Shown here: piece after piece, positions 37,488 to 48,304 of the stretch
Layout: each line of letters begins with the position of its first letter
Numbering within the stretch: position 1 is the stretch's first letter
Assembly: GCA_032718475.1 (NCBI GenBank)
Contig: JAUCBJ010005747.1
Coordinates: forward strand, 1 to 51,482
Direction: 5' to 3'
Source: Nemertoderma westbladi
Taxonomy: Eukaryota; Animalia; Xenacoelomorpha
DNA: 51,482 bases
The notes under the pieces: generated by a model
The model's input: the letters and a program-made list of their open reading frames with translations, nothing else
Database searches by the model: none
What the model was told of the DNA's origin: nothing
Position numbers and translations under genes: made by a program

Positions 37488-39271
37488 TATGCTATATATC
37501 AACCTATGCAGTTATTACTCGACAGTAATACTTCCTCCTTTCCATTTTACTTTTGTTCATGTTTAATTTGTTTATAATAATAATTAACCTTCGTAGTAAT
37601 TACAGGTTTATTTATCATTCTGTTTTCTTTATTATTTTTTTAATTATGTATATTAAATTCATATTATACTGGTGAAGAATAATGTTTGTCTAAATGACGA
37701 GATTAATTTTCATTTTATGTGTAATTAACAACCAATCAGTGCAGTGTTAAGTAACGATAATTGCAAAATTATAAATTCCGTATAAATTTTACATTTTAGA
37801 ACAAAATATATTAACAAATAACATTTAGTATTTTCAGATAGTGGCGTAGATTGATCGCTATTGAAAAAGTAATCTCCAGCGCAAATTGCTCCCATATGTA
37901 ATAAAGTGTTGTTTATTGTTTTGGTTAGAAATCACCCTTTACCCTGCTCCTTTCTCATATTTAATTTAAATGAAACAATATTAAATATTAAATGAAACTT
38001 ATTTTGTATTTGTGGTCAATTGCGCCATACAACTCAATATATTGCGTTATTTTATGTATTGTCTACGGTGGCCTCTTTGAACCACCAATTATTGTCTGTA
38101 CAAACTTGAAATATATGTTACATAATGTTATGTTTGTGTTGTTTTTTTAGTTACCATATTATATACTATATAGTAGTTTCTAGTTTATGAAATTTAAGTT
38201 TAGTGAACCAACCTGTGTAACAACCGCATTTTTGTACGTATAATTGATTGTAAGAAAATGTTATTGTATCAGAATCAGGCATGTTTTATCATTAATTTGT
38301 TAAATTATCATGAGTAATATCATGCAGCAGGTATATTTTTTAATTTCTCTTCCTTTTTCGTATTTTTCTGCCGTGGCGTGGTGGTGGTTTATATTTTATG
38401 TTGCTGTAAGTTTACACTATTCAGTTTAAAAAATTGCATTTCTATGGTATACTTTGTATTATTATATTACTATCTGTATGAAAATAGTAAATTGTTGAAA
38501 AAAAAAACATATCAATTATCCATGCGGTATATTTTGAAATTAAAAGCACATACCGGTACGTATAATAATTATATTTTAAAATTAAAGATGGTTATTGTTC
38601 ATCCTCGAATTATATAGTTTAAGAGTTGATACAGTAAGTTAGCACCCATATGAATAATAAACATGAACTATAAAAATGATACACCCCCCCCCACCCCCAC
38701 CCCACCTGGTGGTGAAAATATGTGGCTTTATTAAGTATACATTTGACGAATCGTGTTTTGCATTGGTTATAACGAAGCCCTGTATGTTGATTGACATAAA
38801 TCGCTGTCACCTGTAGGGCCCTTAATAGGGACAAAGACCCACACATTGGATGTATGAAAGATGTCATAGGGGATGTTTGAGTAGTCAATCTGTTGAGGTG
38901 TAATTAGTAGGGCCTTGCAAGTCGACATACGATGGGAGTAATTACAGGTTGTCGTGTCTGCCTTATTCTACTACGTTAAGCGCCACAAAGCCAGGCCCAA
39001 AGGTCTCCTCGGGAGGTGGATTGGGTCGTCCGCGGTGTAAAATCACAATAAAATCCAATTGGACAAATTTAAAGTAAATCAATATGGTAGGCCTACAGCC
39101 TACAGGTCACCAAACCACGTCACAAATGGATAGCCTATATTATATGAAGAAGAGGTGCTAATGCTTCAATTACTGTATGAAGGCCCACGGGATCACCCAC
39201 CTGCCATAAACTATAACTTTATTAGCCTTTGGGAGAATTCTGACCAATTTTGTCACTTTTATTGAGAGGAA

Positions 39272-39511
39272 CGCCGGCGCACGGCGGGGTAGCTCAGTTG
39301 GTTGAGCGCCGGGGCTGCAATCTATTGGTTGTAGGTTCAGCCCCGCCAGGGTCCACTCAGCCTTTCATCCACTAGGATCGATTAAATGAGTACCAGTTAA
39401 ATAACTGGGAGCAAATCTTGGGATAGGAATAGCCCCTACCCTCGGGTAGCAGCTATCGAAAGAGGAGCCTTCGGGTCGCCTCCGGCCTCGGCCGACTGTT
39501 TGCTTGCTTTG
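39272..39511 (+). mobile_element. Full-length tRNA-derived SINE (~240 bp)
   Basis: A box TAGCTCAGTTGG, B-box-like GGTTCAGCCCC, central ACTCAGCCTTTCATCC...AAATGAGTACCAG core, (TTGC)n tail, TSD ATTGAGAGGAA (39261) / ATTGAGAGAAA (39512). Confidence 0.88.
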
Positions 39512-40296
39512 ATTGAGAGAAATCTATGATTGTGTCACTCATGTCCACAAAATAAAAATTGAATAGGATTCGGGTTTTTGCGGATTCTATAGAATAACGC
39601 GTTTTAAGTTGCCTCACCTACTCACGTAGCGCAGACAACTCCAATTCTCTATTCAGCGGGCCCAATAGGGGCCACGAATAACCTGTGCCCATTTAGAAAA
39701 CGGATTAAACTCTCCCAAATAGATGGGGGATTATTAGTCTGCCTGGACACAATGGAGCCGGATTACATACTTTTTAGTGCCTAACTCTCATAGTCAGCAA
39801 AGCCGATAAATTGATTATCTAACAAAACGACTTAATTAAATATCACAACTGTTTATATTGTACCAAATAAACGCCAGTCATCACAAGTATAACCCTAAAT
39901 TAACCACGGCAAATCTACTGATTGCCGGTAAATTAAATGTTAAGAGTGATTAATGACATTGTGACCGTGAGAATTAACTTGTTAAATCGGAGATATAATC
40001 CGACTTATGGCACATGGGAATAATGAAAAACACGCGTCGTCATTCTCAACAAATCAATTGATTAGTGTACCTGGAAGGGCCTTCTACTTGTATACAGCAT
40101 TACGAACTCGTGAACATTGTTGGTTTGTGTCTGTCTGTCTACCTTCTACTGTAAGGACGTCTAAGGAGGGGAAAAGGCAATCTAAATCTTAAATATGACC
40201 TGTAGAATAGCGATAAAGCGTTCAACCGGACCAGTTCAGGTATAGGGGACTCTTGAAGAAAAAAATGCATTTCACAGCATTACTCCAAAAATAATC

Positions 40297-40450
40297 GCGA
40301 GGGGGGAATCTTGACTTAAGTCATCCCCTTAGACGCGAAAATCGACTCAAATAACAGTTATGGGATTACGAGCAAAATTAAAACTGTAACCTGTGTTTTT
40401 GTTTATTGTTTTGGGTTATGATAAGCAAAACCTGTAACCTGTCCTCTCAA
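40297..40450. mobile_element. Second copy of the dispersed repeat at 25540
   Basis: Colinear similarity to 25540-25697. Confidence 0.6.
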
Positions 40451-40720
40451 CTGATAATTAACATTATTGTTGATACCCCGAGACAAGATATTAATTCGCC
40501 TGATTTATGTCAGAGTTAGTGTCTTGCGCACACGAACCTACAATTAAAGCAATTTTTCCACTTTCTCCATCATATCACCGACCTAATGATTTACTGGTTT
40601 CATTAAAATATTTCAGACTTCCCTTCCGGTGGTTTTTAATCTATATAGTTCGACCATGACAAACCAAACCAACTAATAATACAGATCTCAAATTATTTTT
40701 CTCAAGACAACAAAACTTAC

Positions 40721-40982
40721 CTTTAACAATGTTGTTGTTATTGTTGTTATTGATGCTGTAATCTTTGGGTTCATCTTGTAAATCAGAGTCATCATCGTCA
40801 ACTTTTAAGGAACTATCCGTATCGTATCCGCTCATACTGCTGTTGCTACTGTTGCAGTCGGGGCTATGTGCTGGGCCGACCACCGGTGTGTCTAGGAACG
40901 GTGTCACCTTGCTTTGGTAGCTAGCATAATCCGTAATAACCGACACCTTCTGACCTTGTTCTGTTACCGCCATTGGTTCCAT
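40721..40982 (-). CDS. dsf: Probable NR2E (dsf-like) coding exon 1: Ser/Asp-rich A/B domain
   Basis: ATG at 40982 (ACAATGG context), protein-like acidic sequence, strong AAG|GTAAGT donor in phase 1, matching exon 2 (G+AT = Asp). Linkage across the 12.6-kb intron is inferred. Confidence 0.72.
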
Positions 40983-42069
40983 TGTGTATCAGGTTAGCTA
41001 ATGTACAAACTATGGAGTACAAATACTGTAATGGGTAAATATAAAAAAATATAATTCTGGTGAGACTGTACCGGTATTTAAATATTTTTTTAATATTTTC
41101 AAATGTGTTTAAATTCTTTTTTTTTATATTTTTAACTATTTAGATTATGTTCGAATTATGTTCTAAGGTTAACCTTTTACATTAATGGACAGGTTCATTA
41201 GAAAATAACTCTATAAAATTGCACCTCTGGTTTTGAAAATTATTTCTCAAAAGTTGGTCGAATGTTAATAAAGCACAACTTCGAAGTTTAAGTTGTCGTT
41301 TTTAGAGTAATTTGTTCCTTAATGTAGGCCTATATCATGTAGGCTCTATAGCATACTGTCTCAGACTCAGACATATCATAAACTTAAAAATAAAATTACT
41401 TTAAAAATGTCAAACAGATCAAACTTGTAACTTTGTGGACTTCTTTTAACTTTAAAACGGGAAGCCACTGCAAAAAGCTGAGCTGTTGCTCGCATCTTAT
41501 TGGTTAAATCTTCCAACAATTTAACTGAGTATTGACCAATGCGAAGGCGGTAGATCGCTTGGCAACGGATGCCATATTGTAATGTAAACGTTGCATTGTA
41601 AATGCATACAGTGCGCATCGGGTTGCATTGTAAGTAACGTAGATAAAGCAGTATAATCAGGATACACTGACTGCCTATTTACAGTACGTTAGGCCTATTG
41701 CCTCCCTTTGATATTGTGATTTTTGTGATCAAGTGCTACCGTTTAGGACAATTACAACGTAAGCGATTAACTTACGAATATATAAACACGATGCCAACGA
41801 CACTCCCGCCCGATTAGCGGGTAATCCTATCTGTATATATTAATGATAAAACCTGTTTGCTGAAAAATTCGTCTTTCAGATAACGTTTTGCAGCTGCTAA
41901 GCATGGTTGTAGGACTTAATTAAGCATCACTATTATAATTATAGTAAACACTACGCCGTAATTGAACAACTGATATGTTTTAGAAAAGCTTTTTAAGGTT
42001 TGAGAAATTTTAACTTATTTCTTTGCTTTTTATATTTATTTTCATTTCTTGTTCAAATATAAAACTATA
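40983..42069. promoter_or_regulatory. Putative bidirectional promoter/5' UTR region between divergent NR2E and CCDC83-like start codons
   Basis: 1087 bp between opposite ATGs. CCAAT boxes in both orientations (ATTGG ~41499, CCAAT ~41536). X-box-like GATCGCTTGGCAAC near 41553-41566. Confidence 0.55.
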
Positions 42070-42188
42070 ATGGGGAAGAAGAAAAAGTCAGGTGGGAAAA
42101 AGTCCGGTGGGAAAAAGTCTGGTGGGAAGAAAAGTAAAGGGAAAGGAAGTGGTGGTCCAACAGCACAGGAAGCTATACTGGCGTACAG
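42070..42188 (+). CDS. CCDC83: CCDC83-like coiled-coil protein exon 1 (not in ORF track)
   Basis: MGKKKKSGGKKSGGKKSGGKKSKGKGSGGPTAQEAILAY(R), donor CAG|GTTGGT, phase 2. Confidence 0.75.
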
Positions 42189-42842
42189 GTTGGTGAACAG
42201 ATACCGGTACTGCTGTTGTTATTATTGAATAGGTACTACTGTACTAAGTAATAACAAACACTGATTGATATATAGATTATTAATAATAACCAATGTGGTT
42301 CGTTATTAGGTGTGATAAGGGCTAATAGTACTAGTGTAGTCAAATTAGGCTCAAAAGTTGCCAAACTCAGAAGAAAATACAAGATGGCTAAATTTAGTTT
42401 TCGTATCATTTATCGTTATAATGTGCCTCCCGTGACTCATCTTGAGAATTTTTTTTTAAATCACTTTGAATACATGTTGATCAGTTCGTCAGTTGGTCCC
42501 AGAAGATGAATTGATGAGAAGTGAATATATTATTTTATTTAGGTATTTTACAGTGATATTTTGCAGATTATTTTTTATTTTAACATACCATTACTATTCT
42601 TTGTCCATCAAGGCTGTGCCCAGCGAATCTAAACAGTTTTTCTGCGTGGCGATGCTCGGCACTACTATAGCTTGTGTGACAATAAGTGAACATTTTTTAA
42701 TACAATTTTTAGACGTTTTCGTATGACTGTGACTGTCTTTCGATTTATTGATACCTTGTAGATTTTTTTAGGTTTTTATAAGTTACCGGTAGCTAATGTT
42801 TTTAAAAATACACGATGATTTAATTAAAATTGAAATATATTT

Positions 42843-43965
42843 TTTTATGGTGCTTCTACAGGCACTACACCATGTCCTGGAATATAGTGTCGTTATTTAG
42901 TTACCTGCCCCCCCCCCCCCCCCCCCCCCCAATTTTTCTACAAATCTTAATGAGATTGCATGAAATTTGAAACAGAGTCAGTTTCACATCCCTCCTCTTT
43001 GCTGGGTGAGTTAGAATTTTTATTTTTGCTTTTAATCTTTAGCTACAAGCGTTTAAAAAAGGTGTCTCCGGCGATATTACACCAGTTACACCGCAGTTAT
43101 TCTACTACCTTATAAATCATTGTTACCATGGCAACATTGTAGAGTTCTAGAACGAGATATAATTATTATATACTATTCTAGAACATAAATAAAATAAAAA
43201 ATATAATGTTCCAGAACATATAGCTAGTCATTTTTCAAATTTAAAACGGCTAGTAATAAAAAATTTATAACCTAAATCATTGTTACCATGCAAAAAATGT
43301 ATGCTATAATATAATTATCATTAATATCATTATTTCAGTTTATACCTCAATTTTCAATGTTTTCACATTTTTTATAATTACAAGAAATACTAGCTAGTAA
43401 AAAAACCTTAGCTACCTTAAAAAAACATATCTACTAATGTTCTAGAACACAAAAAATTGCAGTATTTTTAGTTAGGCCTAGTATGTTATAATGTTAGTAT
43501 ATAAGTAATCATGTTTTGAAAAATTACTAGCTAGTCGATTAGCTAATATTCTAGATCACAATATTTTTTTTGTGAAATGTTGCAATGAAGTCAGTGGTGA
43601 TATTAGTACATAATTTCATTAATTAATATCAAATGCGACTGCATACGGAACTCTAGCCATTTTTTTGTAGTTGCTAGTTTTTGCTACTTTTTTTTAAATG
43701 TTCTATGTCATATTAACTATAGTTTGGTTAAAAAAAAATGTTCTAGAACAAATATTTTTTGTTCTAGAATATTTTTTTTTCAAAATAAGCAATTAAACAA
43801 CAATATTAAAACAATATTAAAACTGCATACTACTATTATACTAAGACTACTTGATACCCCCCCCCCCCCCCCCCCCCCAGCCACAGACCCACTACTAAAT
43901 ACTATAGCCACTTCATCGGCGCCAACATTTCCGAACACAGAAGCATGGCTTATTTTGTGCTAGAA
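42843..43965. mobile_element. Degenerate non-coding interspersed repeat, possibly Helentron/DINE-like
   Basis: Starts in a T run, contains ATCTTAATGAGATTGCATGAAATTTG, a duplicated TAAATCATTGTTACCATG (about 43114 and 43273), many TTCTAGAAC motifs, and ends near CTAG. Boundaries are uncertain. Confidence 0.35.
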
Positions 43966-44336
43966 AATATATTATTTTTAATACTTAATTTTTTTTTTTA
44001 ATTTTTTTAATTATTTTTTAACAGTTATGGTATTGGAATTATGTAACATATTAGGTAGGAAACTATGTATAGGGATATAGGTTGTTTCAAAAAAATTTAT
44101 TACATTTTTTACAATATGATTACTCAAAAAGCATTAAAACCCCTTAAGACAAATTCGATTATTAGGTTTTAAAAATATAAATCAAATCTCCCCCTATCAT
44201 ACTAAACAACAATTCTAGCTCCTGATTCGTTGTTTCCAATTTTATATCAACGTTTCCCGGGCTCACTCTATTTATAATAGTAAAATGTATTATATAGGTT
44301 GTTTTAAAAAAAAATGTCGTTATCATGCGATCATGC

Positions 44337-44369
44337 ATCGTCCCTTTCATTCAAAATGAAAGGGACGAT
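44337..44369. other. Perfect 15-bp inverted repeat (hairpin), 3-nt loop
   Basis: ATCGTCCCTTTCATT-CAA-AATGAAAGGGACGAT. Confidence 0.85.
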
Positions 44370-45556
44370 ATTCGCCCAGCTTTTTTTTGAGCTGTTTTTC
44401 TAGCTTTTTTTGAGCTTTTTTTCAAGATTTTTTTGGAGCTTTATTCTATAATTTAGGTTTTAACATTCGAAATTTCTCAGATTCATCTTGAAGCAATTAA
44501 TTTCTAGAAATTGTTTTAACTAAAAAAATCTTGAAATAAAGCTAAAAAAAGCAGCGCAGAAATGGCCCTTTAGGGATATTTAGCAGTTGGCCTACAAAGG
44601 TTAACAGGTAGTTAAAATGCGGTGAAACATTTAATACTAGGCCTACCAGGTCATGATGGGCCTACTATGTGAATGGCGTACTGCCGTTGTAAGTTATGAT
44701 TGGCTATAATGTAACACTTCAGCAGTAGGCCTATATTCTGTACATTCTAGAACAGTTTAAGAGTTTCTAAACAACTACACTCTAAAATTAATTTTTTGCT
44801 GATAATTCAATTTTGTTTTTGATGACCTGAAAAAAATTCCTCAAGGTGAGGCACTGGAGGCGCTGGGGTGCTGGAGGCCCCTGAAAATATTATTCAACGA
44901 TAAATTCTGCGTCTAATGATACCAAATTTAGCCATGTATTTTCTTCCCGGCGAAAAGCTAATTCGCCGGGTCTATAACTAATAATTCCAATATCGCCCAC
45001 TATTAAGGCACGTGCTCCACTTGTAATAGTCAATTGTTAAAAAAATGTAAGATCTGTCTCACATTATTAATACACATTTCTACCCAAACTAGCAGAAACA
45101 TAGGATATAATCACTTTCGACCCATGGGTTGTAACACGACTTACCAGTCGAGTGGCGTAGTGCAGACGCTCCAATAGAATCCAATGTGCTTCCATAATTT
45201 GTTTGACTTATGGCACGACTTACCAATGGTGCAAGGGCCTAACCATTCATCGGTGACCCGTTTGTAGATTGTAGTTGAAATTGGATTTGTATATTTTTAC
45301 ATTTATAATCGATCGAATTTTTTTCGAATATCCAAACCTAAAATATTTATCTTAACCAAAAAAAGTACATATAACAAGCATTTTGGTAAATAATAAATCT
45401 TACGAAATTTACAGGTTTATCTGTCTCAGGGTTTTGTTTTTTGTTTCTTTTCGTCATTGTAAATATTTTTCTACGTTTTTTGGGGTTTTTTTTGTTTCCT
45501 TTATTTGTTGTTTCGTTTATTTTTTTGTTACTTTTGTTTGTTTCATGAACTGCCAA

Positions 45557-46718
45557 ATAATTTTCCTATCGTTCCGACATCACTGCTATTAATTTTCCTA
45601 TCGTTCCGACATCACTGCTAATAATTTTCCTATCGTTCCGACATCACTGCTATTAATTTTCCTATCGTTCCGACATCACTGCTATTAATTTTCCTATCGT
45701 TCCGACATCACTGCTATTAATTTTCCTATCGTTCCGACATCACTGCTAATAATTTTCCTATCGTTCCGACATCACTGCTATTAATTTTCCTATCGTTCCG
45801 ACATCACTGCTATTAATTTTCCTATCGTTCCGACATCACTGCTAATAATTTTCCTATCGTTCCGACTTCACTGCTAATAATTTTCCTATCGTTCCGACAT
45901 CACTGCTAATAATTTTCCTATCGTTCCGACATCACTGCTATTAATTTTCCTATCGTTCCGACATCACTGCTATTAATTTTCCTATCGTTCCGACATCACT
46001 GCTAATAATTTTCCTATCGTTCCGACATCACTGCTATTAATTTTCCTATCGTTCCGACATCACTGCTATTAATTTTCCTATCGTTCCGACATCACTGCTA
46101 TTAATTTTCCTATCGTTCCGACATCACTGCTATTAATTTTCCTATCGTTCCGACATCACTGCTATTAATTTTCCTATCGTTCCGACATCACTGCTATTAA
46201 TTTTCCTATCGTTCCGACATCACTGCTATTAATTTTCCTATCGTTCCGACATCACTGCTATTAATTTTCCTATCGTTCCGACATCACTGCTATTAATTTT
46301 CCTATCGTTCCGACATCACTGCTATTAATTTTCCTATCGTTCCGACATCACTGCTATTAATTTTCCTATCGTTCTGACATCACTGCTATTAATTTTCCTA
46401 TCGTTCCGACATCACTGCTATTAATTTTCCTATCGTTCCGACATCACTGCTATTAATTTTCCTATCGTTCCGACATCACTGCTATTAATTTTCCTATCGT
46501 TCCGACATCACTGCTATTAATTTTCCTATCGTTCCGACATCACTGCTATTAATTTTCCTATCGTTCCGACATCACTGCTATTAATTTTCCTATCGTTCCG
46601 ACATCACTGCTATTAATTTTCCTATCGTTCCGACATCACTGCTATTAATTTTCCTATCGTTCCGACATCACTGCTATTAATTTTCCTATCGTTCCGACAT
46701 CACTGCTATTAATTTTCC
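45557..46718. repeat. 32-bp minisatellite (TTTTCCTATCGTTCCGACATCACTGCTA(T/A)TAA), ~36 copies
   Basis: Near-perfect tandem copies ending 9 nt before exon 2 of the CCDC83-like gene. Confidence 0.97.
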
Positions 46719-46727
46719 GCTGTTTAG

Positions 46728-46812
46728 GATTTCTATATCGGAAAAGGAAATGGAGGAGACGATGTACGAACTGAAAGTAATTCAGGATAAAAATACCCGT
46801 TACATCGAAAGA
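46728..46812 (+). CDS. CCDC83: CCDC83-like exon 2 (not in ORF track)
   Basis: TGTTTAG acceptor, AGA|GTTAGT donor. Joined peptide EAILAYRISISEKEMEETMYELKVIQDKNTRYIER aligns without gaps to recalled human CCDC83 [35 protein letters not shown]. Confidence 0.78.
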
Positions 46813-48304
46813 GTTAGTTTAATATTTTATTATAGAATGTTAAATTCATTAAAATCTGCCAAAATTCATCAATAAACAACACCTGTCATAACTTTTACCT
46901 TGAGCTCTTCCGATAAATCGATTGTCAATCACCACTAATTTGTGCTGCTCTGTATTCAGGTAGTCAATGTAGTCAACGGAAACATCCACCATCTATAAAT
47001 GGTTTCTGTTAACAGTGGGTTACTGTAGAAAATAATTTGTAAGAATGTTATGTAGATGTAGCTAGGTAAAATTATCAAGCAGTTTGATCGGATGAAAATA
47101 ATTTGTTATCTGTGCTGATCTGATTCCAACCTAATGAAATGCATATCGATCGAATGATGTACAAATTGTAACCAAGTCCATACAATGCTGACGGCACTTA
47201 CTACAGTAGTTAGGTAGGTATTGTGCTATGGAATATTCCTTTGTTCATAATCTACAAATGCGGTGGTATATTCACGCCGATAACCTGTCATCAGAACAAT
47301 GAGAAATCCAGTCACAAAACCCTAAAGTTTGGCTCCATCGGGACGCCTTGCACTATAGAATTGATTATGGGATGGCCACATACTGTACTCGCTACTGCTG
47401 TGCGGCTACCTGACACTCAAGGATCGACCGCTAACCCACTCGCTCGGACCCAAAAGACCACTTATTGACCCCGACCAGGCTTATCGACGCAGATAGGCTA
47501 ATGAGATGCCGGGAAAGGGTTAGAGATTCCAGTTTATGAGACGGAAGATAAGCAGAAATTAGCATAAAACAGAAAGAAGGTTCTGTATTAGTGAGTTGGA
47601 TCAGTTTCTGATTAATCAACTTCTCGCTGACTCTGTGAATATTTCCCTCGTATCAGATAGCTACATATCTTGCCGGGCTCTTTGTCTTATGTTGTGAAGT
47701 TCTTATCGAAAGTTTCAAACCGTGTTTTTCTGTCAATCTTATTGCATAACCTGGTTGGTTAATGAAATAAATACATTGCGCATTAGGAAGCTCTGAGTAG
47801 TTTGTGTTGTTATTATTGTTTTGGTTTCTTCCCCACGAGAAAGGTGAGGTGCGGTGATTTTTTGTGAAGAAATTGTGGCTATGCTGCCCCCACCCCCCCC
47901 CCCCCCCCCCCCTTACTCTCATCCGTTCAGCCGTATTGTAATGGTCATTTGTAAGTAAAAGTAAACAAATATGCCCAACTCTCTCCCAGGAACTCTTTCT
48001 GTGAGAACTAATGCAGCGCATTTCGCAAGATATTTCGAATTCCGTTGTTTCGTTTTTATAGGGTTGTTATTTCCACGTGAGTTACTTTCAAGTGTAAGTC
48101 TTACCTCAATATTCACTTGGTAACAGCATATGGCTTATACTACCACTTAACTCAAGTACCTCCAACACTTAAGATCTTACCATATACCATATCATCCTAG
48201 CCCACCTGGCTTCTTGATCTTGACACGCTATATTATTAATTTGGTTTTATTTTATATAGAATAACTCAAAATGAATGGGAGATTCTTTTAGGCTCATTAA
48301 GCCA

